This document shows, piece after piece, positions 43,196 through 51,846 of a stretch of DNA of 64,000 bases; the stretch's first letter is position 1, and each line of letters starts with the position of its first letter. The notes beneath the pieces are model-generated. The model worked only from the letters and a program-made list of their open reading frames with translations. It did no database searches and was not told the DNA's origin. Source of the DNA: an uncultured Bifidobacteriaceae bacterium (GTDB taxonomy: Bacteria > Actinomycetota > Acidimicrobiia > IMCC26256 > DASPTH01); the NCBI GenBank assembly GCA_964505725.1, contig CAZDJK010000002.1:19426-83425 (forward strand), written 5' to 3'. The position numbers were made by a program, and so were the translations under genes.

Positions 43196-43821
43196 GCCGG
43201 CTGCGCAAGCTCGCGCGCGATCTCCTGGGTCGCTCCGATGCCGCGGTGATCGAGCCGCTCTGTGGGCAGATGGAGCTCGTGTCCTGCGCCGTCCACGCCG
43301 TCCGCGAGGCCTGTTGCGCCTCGCGGCCCGCGAGCGGCGCCATGACCGCGCTCGAACAGAGGGGCGACGAGCAGCTGAGCGCGTTCACCCGCACGCTGAC
43401 GGCTTCGCTCACCACGCCGATCGACCGGGAGGATCTCTACCGGCTGTCCCGCTCGATCGACGACGTGCTCGACAACCTCCGTGACTTCGACCGTGAGCTC
43501 GGGCTCTACCGCCCCCCGGAACCTCGAGCATTCCTGCCCGTCATCGACTCCATCGGAGAGGCGACAGAAGCGTTGCGGTGCGCGATCGACGCGCTGGGCA
43601 CCGGGGTGCGGGAGGCGGCGAGCGCGGCGCGGGAGGCGGATCACGCCGCGGCGCAGGTCCGTCACCGCTACGAGGACGCGATCGCCGATGTGCTCGAGCG
43701 TCCGGCCGACTCGGCGTCGCTGCGTCAACGCGAGCTGCTCCGCCGGCTCGACGTGGTCGGACTGCGACTCGGGGAAGCCGTGAACGCGCTGTCCGACGGC
43801 ATCCTCAAGCGGCTCGACTGA
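43192..43821 (+). CDS. DUF47 (PhoU-like, PiT-associated) family protein
   Basis: ATG 43192 overlaps the PiT stop (ATGA). ...TPIDREDLYRLSRSIDDVLDNLRDF...RELLRRLDVVGLRLGEAVNALSD. Confidence 0.85.
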   Translation: MSRLRKLARDLLGRSDAAVIEPLCGQMELVSCAVHAVREACCASRPASGAMTALEQRGDEQLSAFTRTLTASLTTPIDREDLYRLSRSIDDVLDNLRDFDRELGLYRPPEPRAFLPVIDSIGEATEALRCAIDALGTGVREAASAAREADHAAAQVRHRYEDAIADVLERPADSASLRQRELLRRLDVVGLRLGEAVNALSDGILKRLD

Positions 43822-43834
43822 GTCCGGACGCGCC

Positions 43835-43865
43835 GGTGCCCGCCGGGTAGGACCCGGCGGGCACC
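43835..43865. terminator. Perfect 13-bp stem / 5-nt loop hairpin between convergent genes
   Basis: GGTGCCCGCCGGG-tagga-CCCGGCGGGCACC. It lies 14 nt after the DUF47 stop and 26 nt from the convergent gene's stop. Confidence 0.6.
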
Positions 43866-43890
43866 GACCTGCCCGAGCGCCCCGGCTGCG

Positions 43891-44346
43891 TCAGCTCTGC
43901 GACGGGGCCACTGCCTTCTGGCCCCAGGTGCGGTCGACGAACTTGGTGACCACGCCGCTCACCTTGCCCTCGAGCGTCGCCGCCCGTGCGCTCGTGATGC
44001 GACCATTGCTCTCCGCCTTGGCGATGAACGCGTTGAGCTTCTGCGTGAGATCGTTCACCACCGCGTCGCGGCTGGAACCGTGTGCGGCCGCGTACTGGCC
44101 GATGGTCTGCCCGCCCTGGAGCGCGGTCTTCAGCTCCTGGGGCGACGTGCTGGTGAGGTTCAGCACGTCCCGCAGCCCGGCGCGACGAACGTGGCGCCGG
44201 ATGACCGGGTGCCCCTTCGTCGCCGGGGCGGTCGCCGTGGCGCCGCTGCCCGAGCCAGTTCCGTCGGCGGCAGAGGCGATGCCCGTGGCGCCGAACACCA
44301 GGGTCCCCGCGACGACGATCCCGGCGACGAGCTTCTTCGTGTCCAT
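43891..44346 (-). CDS. Secreted hypothetical protein
   Basis: ATG 44346 is preceded by AAGGGAGAG. Signal peptide MDTKKLVAGIVVAGTLVFGATGIASA, then a helical Ala/Thr/Lys-rich domain. Confidence 0.6.
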   Translation of the reverse strand: MDTKKLVAGIVVAGTLVFGATGIASAADGTGSGSGATATAPATKGHPVIRRHVRRAGLRDVLNLTSTSPQELKTALQGGQTIGQYAAAHGSSRDAVVNDLTQKLNAFIAKAESNGRITSARAATLEGKVSGVVTKFVDRTWGQKAVAPSQS

Positions 44347-44508
44347 CTCGACTCTCCCTTGTCCCCTGCTCCGATTTTCTCCGCTGCCACGAGCCGGGGG
44401 GTGTCGGCTCATCGCAACCCATACAACCCTCGGAACATCAGGGTTCTGTGAGGCGACCGGCAGCAGCCGGCCAAGCAGGGCGAGCGCCGAGCGGGGTAGC
44501 TTCCGGTC

Positions 44509-45264
44509 ATGGCGTCGTCCGTGACCATCGACCTCGACGGCCCTGTGGGCGTGGTCGAGCTGCACCGGCCCCCGAACAATTGGTTCGACATCGAGGCGCT
44601 CGCCGAGGTGGCCGACGCCTGGGAGCGGCTCGGCGACGACCCCGCGTGCCGCGCGATCGTCTTCTGCACCGAGGGCAAGAACTTCTGCGCCGGCGCCGAC
44701 ATGAGCGGGACCGACGTGGTCGACAACACGGCCGACCTCTACGCCCAGGCGGTCCGCATGGCGGGCGCCAAGGTTCCCGTCGTGGCCGCGGTGCAGGGCG
44801 CCGCGGTCGGCGGTGGCCTCGGGCTCGCGATGATCGCCGACCTCCGCGTCGGCACTCCCGAGACGCGCTTCTCGTGCAACTTCTCGAAGATCGGGTTCCA
44901 CCAGGGCTTCGGCCTCACCGTGACCCTCCCGGCCGCGATCGGCGAGCAGCGCGCGCTCGAGCTCATGTACACCGGCGGTCAGGTGCGGGGTCCGGACGCA
45001 CTCGAATGGGGTTTTGCGTCGCGCGTCGTCCCCGAGCCCGAGCTCCGCCCCACCGCGCTCGCGCTGGCGTCGGAGATCGCGGCGTGCGGTCCGCTCGCGG
45101 TCCGCGCGATCAAGGAGACGATGCGCGGCGACCTCCCGGAGCGGGTACGCGCCGCAACCGTGCGCGAGGGGGAGCAGCAGAGGATCCTGCGCGCCACCGA
45201 CGACTTCCGCGAGGGCGTCGCCGCGATGGCCGACCGCCGCACGCCGAACTTCACCGGGCGTTGA
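44509..45264 (+). CDS. Enoyl-CoA hydratase/isomerase (crotonase) family protein
   Basis: VTIDLDGPVGVVELHRPPNNWFD...CTEGKNFCAGADM...AAVQGAAVGGGLGLAMIADLRV. Confidence 0.9.
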   Translation: MASSVTIDLDGPVGVVELHRPPNNWFDIEALAEVADAWERLGDDPACRAIVFCTEGKNFCAGADMSGTDVVDNTADLYAQAVRMAGAKVPVVAAVQGAAVGGGLGLAMIADLRVGTPETRFSCNFSKIGFHQGFGLTVTLPAAIGEQRALELMYTGGQVRGPDALEWGFASRVVPEPELRPTALALASEIAACGPLAVRAIKETMRGDLPERVRAATVREGEQQRILRATDDFREGVAAMADRRTPNFTGR

Positions 45265-45274
45265 GGCGCCGCGG

Positions 45275-46318
45275 GTGAGCGCGCACGAGATACGCGGAAC
45301 GGCGGCGGGCGTCGACCTGCCGGCTCTGCGGGCGTGGTGCACGGACAACGTACCCGACTTCGTTCCGGCCGAGGCGGTCCAGATCGCAGGGGGGCACTCG
45401 AACATCACCGTGCGCGTGTCCGACGAGGACGGGCGCGACATCGTGTTGCGGCGCCCGCCGCTGCACAGCGTCCTCGCCACCGCCCACGACATGGGCCGTG
45501 AGTACCGGCTCATCTCGGCCTTCGGACCCACGCCGCTCCCGGTGCCGCGCACCATCGCGTACTGCGCCACCGACGATGTGATCGGCGCGCCCTTCTACCT
45601 GATGGAGTTCGTCTACGGCATCGTGCTCCACGACAACCACATCGCGGAGCACGCCCTCGACGAAGCGGCGCGTCACCACGTGGGTATGTCGTTCATGGAC
45701 GCGCTCAGCGAGCTCCATGGTGCCGATATCGACGAGATCGGCCTCGGCGATCTCGCCAAGCGCGAGGACTACATCGCCCGCCAGCTCAAGCGCTGGCACG
45801 GCCAGTACCAGCAGAGCCGCACGACCGACGACGACACGATCGACCGGGTGCACGACCTGCTCGCGGCGCGCATACCTCCCCAGCGCGACTCCACGGTCGT
45901 CCACGGCGACTTCCGGCTCGGCAACTGCATCGTCGGCGACGATGGCGAGATCCGGGCCGTGCTCGACTGGGAGATCTGCACCCTGGGCGACCCGCTCGCG
46001 GACATCGGCTTCGTGCTCGCGTCCTGGCCCGAGTCGACCGGTGAGGTGGCGCCGTTCCCCGACTCCCCCTCGATCGTCCCGGGCTTCCCGACACGCGAGG
46101 AGCTGCTGGCGCGCTACGCCGAGCGCTCGGGGCGCGACGTTTCGGACGTCGACTACTACGTGGCGTTCTCCTACTTCCGCCTCGCGTGCATCATCCAGGG
46201 CGTGTACTCGCGCGCGCTGGGCGGCGCGCAGGGCGACACTGGCGACGACGTGGAGGTGTTCCGGCGCCGCGCCGAGAACAGCGCCCGCAGGGCCGCCGAG
46301 CTCGCGGCGCGGCTCTGA
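45275..46318 (+). CDS. Phosphotransferase (APH/choline-kinase-like) family protein
   Basis: GTG 45275. ...QIAGGHSNITVRV..IVLRRPP...FYLMEFVYG...VVHGDFRLGNCIV...AVLDWEICTLGDPLADIG. Confidence 0.85.
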   Translation: MSAHEIRGTAAGVDLPALRAWCTDNVPDFVPAEAVQIAGGHSNITVRVSDEDGRDIVLRRPPLHSVLATAHDMGREYRLISAFGPTPLPVPRTIAYCATDDVIGAPFYLMEFVYGIVLHDNHIAEHALDEAARHHVGMSFMDALSELHGADIDEIGLGDLAKREDYIARQLKRWHGQYQQSRTTDDDTIDRVHDLLAARIPPQRDSTVVHGDFRLGNCIVGDDGEIRAVLDWEICTLGDPLADIGFVLASWPESTGEVAPFPDSPSIVPGFPTREELLARYAERSGRDVSDVDYYVAFSYFRLACIIQGVYSRALGGAQGDTGDDVEVFRRRAENSARRAAELAARL

Positions 46319-46322
46319 CCGC

Positions 46323-48707
46323 TCAGAGGTTGATGTCCTCGGCCTCTTCCTCGACCGCTTCCGCCTCGCCGGCGCCCGGGACGGGAAGGTTCGCCATCGC
46401 GGCCGGCGGGTCACGCCACGGGTCGGGCGGTGCACCGGCTCGCGCGGCCTCGATGGCGCGCCAGACGCGCTCGGGCGTGCAGGGCATGTCGATGTGGCGG
46501 ATCCCCAGGTGGCTCAGCGCGTCGACGACCGCGTTCTGCACCGCGGGCGTCGAGCCGACGGTGGCCGACTCGCCGATGCCCTTGGCGCCGAGGTCGTTGG
46601 TGGGCGACGGCGTCTCGGTGTGCGCGGTCGTGTACGACGGCAGCTCGGCCGCGCTCGGGATCCCGTACTCGGCGAGCGTCGACGTGAGCGGGTTGCCGTC
46701 CTCGTCGTAGACGTACTGCTCCCACAGCGCCTGCGCGATTCCCGACGCGAGCCCGCCGTGGACCTGGCCGTCGACCAGCAAAGGATTGAGGATGCGGCCG
46801 CAGTCGTCGACCGCGACGTGGCGGACCGGGGTGACCCGGCCCGTCTCGGTGTCGACCTCCACCACGGAGACGTGGGCGCCGAAGGGGTACGACGCGGTCG
46901 AGCGCTCGGTGTCGTGCTGGACGAGCAGCGGCTCGTCGCGCTCCGCTGCCGCGCGGGCGATCTCACCCCACTCGATGGCGCGGCTCGGAACGCCGGCGAC
47001 GCCGAGCCCACCCTCGCCGGTGACGATGATGTCCTCGGGCGCGGCCTCGAGCAAGTTGGCGGCGAGCTGCTTGGCGCGGTCGACGAGCAGCCGAGAGGTC
47101 TGGAGCACGGCCGACCCGCCGAGCTGCAGCGAGCGCGAGCCGCCGGTGCCGCCGCCCTTCTTCACCAGGGCGGTGTCGGACTGCACGTAGCGGATCCTCT
47201 CGATGGGCACGCCGAGCTCGTCCGCGGCGATCTGCGAGAACGCGGTGGCATGACCCTGGCCGTGCGACGACGTGCCCGCCTTCACCGTGACCGTGCCGTC
47301 GTCGTGCACCTCGACCTCGGCGAACTCGCCACCGCCCCCGGTCACCTCGACGTAGACCGAGAGCCCGATGCCGAGCTGCACCCGATCGCCCCGTTCGCGC
47401 CGCGCCGCCTGCTCGGCACGGAGCGCGTCGTAGTCGGCGACCCGCAGCGCCTCGTCGAGCGCAGCCGCGTAGTCGCCGCTGTCGTAGCTCGCGCCGGTCA
47501 CCGTGGTGTACGGGAACTCGCTCGGCGTGATGAAGTTCTTGCGCCGCAACTCCGCCGGATCCATGCCGATCTCGTCGGCCGCGATGTCGACGATCCGCTC
47601 GATGAGGGCCGCGGCCTCCGGACGCCCGGCACCGCGGTAGGCGCCCATCGGCGTGGTGTTGGTGGCGACGACGGCGACGTCGAATCCGAATTTCGGGATG
47701 TGGTACACGCCGGATGCCATGGAGCGGGTGGACCCGATCACGAGGATCCCGCCGAAACCCGCGTAGCCGCCGGCGTCGCCGATCATGCGGCAGCGCAGGC
47801 CGACGAACGTGCCGTCGCGGTCGAGCCCGAGCTCGACGTACTGCACCTGGCCGCGCCCGTGGGCCATCGCGATCATGTTCTCCGAGCGGGTCTCCACCCA
47901 CTTCACCGGGCGATCGAGCTCCAGCGCGACCTTCGCCGCGACCACGCCCTCGGCGCCGAGGTGCTTGGCACCGAAGGAACCACCCACGTGCGGCGCGATG
48001 AGCCGAACCTTGTCCGCGTCGACACCGAGCAGGTTCGCGAACTGGCCCCTGACCATGTGCGGCATCTGGCACGCGAGGTGCACCGTGAGGTCATAGTCAC
48101 CCGAATGGGGGATGGCGGCGATCGCGGCGCCCTCCATGGGGACGACGGCGACGCGCTGGTTCTCGAAGCGGCCACGCACGACGACCTCGGCGCCCTCCAG
48201 CGGATCCACCGTGTCGGGCTCGCGCATCCCGATGATCACGTTGGACCCGATAGCCTCGAACATCACCGGCGCATCGGGCGACAGCGCCTCCTCGGGATCG
48301 ATCACGGCGGCGAGCGGCTCGTAGTCGACGTCGACGGTCTCGGCCGCGTCGACAGCGAGCGCGCGGCTCTCGGCCACGACCACCGCGACCGGGTCGCCGA
48401 CGAAGTTGACCCTTCCCTTTGCCAGCGACGGCCGCACCGCCTCGGGATGCAGCGGCGCGAGCGACGGCGCGTTCGGGAAGTCGAGGTCGTCGGCGGTGTA
48501 CACCGCGACGACGCCCGGCATCTCGCGTGCGGCGGACACGTCGATGGAGCGGATCTCGGCGCGCGCGAACGTCGAGCGCACGAAGTGCAGCACGAGCATG
48601 CCGTCGACCTTGAGGTTGTCGACATAGGTGCCCGCGCCGCACAGCAGATCGGGATCCTCGACCCGTCGGACGGGGCTGCCGACGAGGGAACCGGCGGCGA
48701 AGGTCAT
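46323..48707 (-). CDS. Xanthine dehydrogenase/CO dehydrogenase-family molybdopterin-binding large subunit (form II CoxL-like)
   Basis: ATG 48707 overlaps the medium-subunit stop (ATGA). VGSPVRRVEDPDLLCGAGTYVDN. The active-site loop reads GAYRGAGRPEA (the AYRGAGR type, not AYXCSFR). Confidence 0.9.
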   Translation of the reverse strand: MTFAAGSLVGSPVRRVEDPDLLCGAGTYVDNLKVDGMLVLHFVRSTFARAEIRSIDVSAAREMPGVVAVYTADDLDFPNAPSLAPLHPEAVRPSLAKGRVNFVGDPVAVVVAESRALAVDAAETVDVDYEPLAAVIDPEEALSPDAPVMFEAIGSNVIIGMREPDTVDPLEGAEVVVRGRFENQRVAVVPMEGAAIAAIPHSGDYDLTVHLACQMPHMVRGQFANLLGVDADKVRLIAPHVGGSFGAKHLGAEGVVAAKVALELDRPVKWVETRSENMIAMAHGRGQVQYVELGLDRDGTFVGLRCRMIGDAGGYAGFGGILVIGSTRSMASGVYHIPKFGFDVAVVATNTTPMGAYRGAGRPEAAALIERIVDIAADEIGMDPAELRRKNFITPSEFPYTTVTGASYDSGDYAAALDEALRVADYDALRAEQAARRERGDRVQLGIGLSVYVEVTGGGGEFAEVEVHDDGTVTVKAGTSSHGQGHATAFSQIAADELGVPIERIRYVQSDTALVKKGGGTGGSRSLQLGGSAVLQTSRLLVDRAKQLAANLLEAAPEDIIVTGEGGLGVAGVPSRAIEWGEIARAAAERDEPLLVQHDTERSTASYPFGAHVSVVEVDTETGRVTPVRHVAVDDCGRILNPLLVDGQVHGGLASGIAQALWEQYVYDEDGNPLTSTLAEYGIPSAAELPSYTTAHTETPSPTNDLGAKGIGESATVGSTPAVQNAVVDALSHLGIRHIDMPCTPERVWRAIEAARAGAPPDPWRDPPAAMANLPVPGAGEAEAVEEEAEDINL

Positions 48708-49522
48708 GACATCTCCTCGAGCGCGCGTCGGACGAGCACGGTTGCGAGGTGTCGCCGGAACTCGGGTGAGGCGTTGAGGTCGCTCGGGGGCTCGGTGCCC
48801 TCGGCAGCCACCGCGGCGGCGTCGGCCGGGGCCGCGCCGGCGCGGAGCGCCTCCTCGACCGCGGCGGCACGAAGCGGTGTGGAACCCATGTTCACGAGTG
48901 CGACGCCGGTGGTGCCGTTGCGCACCGCGGCGACGCCGACGATCGCCCAGTCCTGTGCACGACGGTTGAACTTCTGGAACGACCACGACGCACCGGGCAG
49001 CTTCGGCACGCGCACCTCGATGATCATCTCGTCGGGTGCGAGCGCGGTCTCGAGGAATCCGACGAAGAAGTCGCTCGCCGCGATCTCACGCCGTCCGGAC
49101 GGACCCTGGACGACGATGGTGCCGCCGAGCGCGAGCACCGCCGCAGGAAGGTCGGATGCCGGATCCCCGTGCGCGAGCGTGCCGCCCAGCGTGCCGCGGT
49201 GGCGCACCTGCGGGTCACCCACCTGGTGCGCGGTGTGAGCGAGCAGCGGCACCTGCGCGTGGAGCAACTCCGAGGTCTCCACCTCGTGGTGGCGCGCCAA
49301 CGCGCCGACGGCGATCTCGTCGCCCTGCTCGCGGATGTAGGAGAGGTCGGCGATCCGCCCGACGTCGACGAGCACCGTCGGCGTCGCGAGCCTGAGCTTC
49401 ATGAGCGGCAGGAGCGAATGTCCGCCCGCCAACAGCTTGGCGTCGTCGCCGTGCTCGCCGAGCAGCGCGATCGCCTCCTCGGGGGAGGCCGCGCGCACGT
49501 AGTCGAACTGCGCGGGGATCAT
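48704..49522 (-). CDS. FAD-binding medium subunit (CoxM-like)
   Basis: [48 protein letters not shown]...[20 protein letters not shown]. The ATG overlaps the small-subunit stop. Confidence 0.9.
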   Translation of the reverse strand: MIPAQFDYVRAASPEEAIALLGEHGDDAKLLAGGHSLLPLMKLRLATPTVLVDVGRIADLSYIREQGDEIAVGALARHHEVETSELLHAQVPLLAHTAHQVGDPQVRHRGTLGGTLAHGDPASDLPAAVLALGGTIVVQGPSGRREIAASDFFVGFLETALAPDEMIIEVRVPKLPGASWSFQKFNRRAQDWAIVGVAAVRNGTTGVALVNMGSTPLRAAAVEEALRAGAAPADAAAVAAEGTEPPSDLNASPEFRRHLATVLVRRALEEMS

Positions 49523-49995
49523 GCCCGGATCCCGCGCGCATCCGCGCACGCGAGCACAGCCTGCACGATGTTGTGGTAGCCGGTGCAGCGGCAGAGGTTC
49601 CCCTCGAGGCCTTCGCGCACCGCGGCCTCGTCGAGCCTCGGCTCCTCGTCGAGCAGCGAGACGATCGCCATCACCATCCCGGGGGTGCAGTACCCGCACT
49701 GCAGGGCGTGGTGCTCGCGGAACGCCTCCTGTACGGGGTGCAGCGACCCGTCGGCTCCCGCCAGCCCTTCGATGGTGGTGATCTCGGCACCGTCGGCCTG
49801 CGCCGCCAGCACCGTGCACGACTTCACCGACTGGCCGTCGAGCAGCACCGTGCACGCACCGCACGAGCTCGTGTCGCACCCGATGTTCGTGCCCGTGAGC
49901 CCGAGCGTCTCCCTGAGGTACTGCACGAGCAGCAGTCGGGGCTCCACCTCGTTGCGATGGGCGGCGCCGTTCACGCGCACCGCGATCTCGACCAC
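49519..49995 (-). CDS. (2Fe-2S)-binding small subunit (CoxS-like)
   Basis: GTG 49995 lies 5 nt after [45 protein letters not shown]...[16 protein letters not shown]. Confidence 0.9.
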   Translation of the reverse strand: MVEIAVRVNGAAHRNEVEPRLLLVQYLRETLGLTGTNIGCDTSSCGACTVLLDGQSVKSCTVLAAQADGAEITTIEGLAGADGSLHPVQEAFREHHALQCGYCTPGMVMAIVSLLDEEPRLDEAAVREGLEGNLCRCTGYHNIVQAVLACADARGIRA

Positions 49996-50225
49996 CGGGA
50001 CCTCCTCTTCGTCTGCTTCGTCCGTGCTCGCTCCTCCGCGGTCGGATGCGGGGCTCGCCGAGCCGGGTCTTCGCCCGAGCGGGCGCACGTTACCCGACCC
50101 GTTTCCGGACCGGTGCCTGTGCGCTCGACTTGCAGCGGGGCTAAGGTTCCCCTAACTACCGGAAACGGCGTTTCCACGACGGAGCAGCGGGTCCGAGGAC
50201 CCGGCGGCGAGCGGAGCGAGCAGCG

Positions 50226-50423
50226 ATGTACGTGTGTCATTGCCGAGCAGTGAACGACCGGACGGTCCGGATGGCCGCCGCCGCGGGCGCACGTGACCTC
50301 GACGACCTCACGCGTGTGTGCGGTGCCGGCGGCGACTGCGGCGGTTGTCACGATGCGCTCGAGGCGCTGCTCGCCACCTGCGCGGACGCCTCTACCGCGC
50401 GGACGCCGGAGCTCGTGGGTTAG
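50226..50423 (+). CDS. bfd: Bacterioferritin-associated ferredoxin (BFD-like [2Fe-2S] domain)
   Basis: MYVCHCRAVNDRTVR...VCGAGGDCGGCHDAL. The C-x-C...C-x-x-C pattern is present. Confidence 0.8.
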   Translation: MYVCHCRAVNDRTVRMAAAAGARDLDDLTRVCGAGGDCGGCHDALEALLATCADASTARTPELVG

Positions 50424-50443
50424 CCCCTGCGTCGGGAGATGCC

Positions 50444-50914
50444 ATGCGCGGCGAACCGGAGATCATCGAGCTCTTGAACGCGGTGCTCACCGCGGAGCTC
50501 ACCTCGGTCAACCAGTACTTCCTCGACGCGAAGATGCTCGACAGCTGGGGGTACGAGCGGCTCGCCCACCACTTCCGCGACGAGTCGATCGAGGAGATGA
50601 AGGACGCCGACGAGCTCATCGAGCGCATCCTCTACCTCGAGGGCGTCCCCAACCTGCAACGCCTAGGTACCGTGCGCGTGGGCGAGACGGCACCCGAGAA
50701 GCTCCAGCTCGCGCTCGAGCTGGAACGGGAGTCCATCGAGCGGCTCGACCAGGGCATCGGCCGGTGCAACGAGCTAGGCGACCACGGGACGCGGTCCGTG
50801 CTCGAGCACGTGCTCGACGGCGAGGAGTCTCACGCGGACTGGATCGAGACCCAGCTCGAGCTGATCTCCCAGGTCGGGGACGCGCACTACCTCGCGCAGC
50901 AGATCCACGACTGA
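50444..50914 (+). CDS. bfr: Bacterioferritin
   Basis: MRGEPEIIELLNAVLTAELTSVNQYFLDAKMLDSWGYERLAHHFRDESIEEMKDADELIERILYLEG. 156 aa. GGGAG lies upstream. Confidence 0.95.
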   Translation: MRGEPEIIELLNAVLTAELTSVNQYFLDAKMLDSWGYERLAHHFRDESIEEMKDADELIERILYLEGVPNLQRLGTVRVGETAPEKLQLALELERESIERLDQGIGRCNELGDHGTRSVLEHVLDGEESHADWIETQLELISQVGDAHYLAQQIHD

Positions 50915-50947
50915 CGCGCCTCCGGCGCCGTCGACGAAGAGCGCGCC

Positions 50948-51775
50948 TCAGCGGCCGGTGACGGTGCCCCCGTCGACGCTGTAGAGCTGGCCGGTGATCC
51001 AGGATCCCTGGTCGGAGCAGAGGAACACCACCATCGCGGCGACGTCGTCGCCCGTGCCCGCCCGGCCGAGCGGGATGCGCGCCACGAGCTCGTCCCAGGC
51101 CGTGCCGCGCGGCACCGTGTCCATCCGGTACGTGTCGACCAGACCGGGGCAGATCACGTTCACGCGCACCCCGTAGCGACCGAGCTCGGTCGCCATCGAC
51201 GCGGTGAGCGCGTGGATGCCCGCCTTCGACGCCGCGTACGCGGCCGCGTTCGCGTCGAGCCGCTTCCCCACGATCGACGAGATGTTGACGATGCTCCCGC
51301 CCTCGCCCTGGTCGTCGAGGCGTCGCGCGAACGCACGGCTCATGTAGAAGGTCCCGTGCAGGTTCACGTCGATGACCTTCCGCCACTCCTCGATCGGGAG
51401 GTCGATGACGGCCACGCGGTCGGCACCGCGCGCGGCCCCGGCGTTGTTCACGACCACGTCCACCCGCCCGAGCTCGGCGCACACGAGGTCGACGAGGTCG
51501 TCGACCGCGTCGGGGTCGGTGACGTCGCTCACCACCGGGATGGCGGTGCGTCCGACCGAGCGGACCTCGTCGGCGACCGATTCGATGTCGCGCCAGCCCG
51601 CCGCCTTCTCGTCGTCCGGGAAGCGCTCGGGCGGCCGCCCGGTGCCCGTCAGGACCACATCGCAGCCCGCGCGCGCGAGCTCGACCGCGATGGAACGCCC
51701 GATGGAGCGCATGCGACCGGCACCCGTGACGACGGCGACCTTGCCGTCGAGCCCGCTGAGCGTCAGCCCCGTCAC
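50948..51775 (-). CDS. SDR family oxidoreductase (FabG-like)
   Basis: GTG 51775. GKVAVVTGAGRMRSIGRSIA...NNAG...YAASKAG (YxxxK). Confidence 0.9.
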   Translation of the reverse strand: MTGLTLSGLDGKVAVVTGAGRMRSIGRSIAVELARAGCDVVLTGTGRPPERFPDDEKAAGWRDIESVADEVRSVGRTAIPVVSDVTDPDAVDDLVDLVCAELGRVDVVVNNAGAARGADRVAVIDLPIEEWRKVIDVNLHGTFYMSRAFARRLDDQGEGGSIVNISSIVGKRLDANAAAYAASKAGIHALTASMATELGRYGVRVNVICPGLVDTYRMDTVPRGTAWDELVARIPLGRAGTGDDVAAMVVFLCSDQGSWITGQLYSVDGGTVTGR

Positions 51776-51846
51776 CGGCCGGACTCTACGCGACCGCGCC
51801 CCGCGCACCCCGCCCCTCCGTCCCACAAACTTGCGAGAGAAAGGGG

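Noticed and set aside
50141-50159. IdeR iron box upstream of bfd (CTAAGGTTCCCCTAACTAC).
   Set aside because: The best manual alignment to the 19-bp consensus TTAGGTTAGGCTAACCTAA matches only about 10-11 of 19 positions, and the two halves are not properly symmetric. That is too weak to call.
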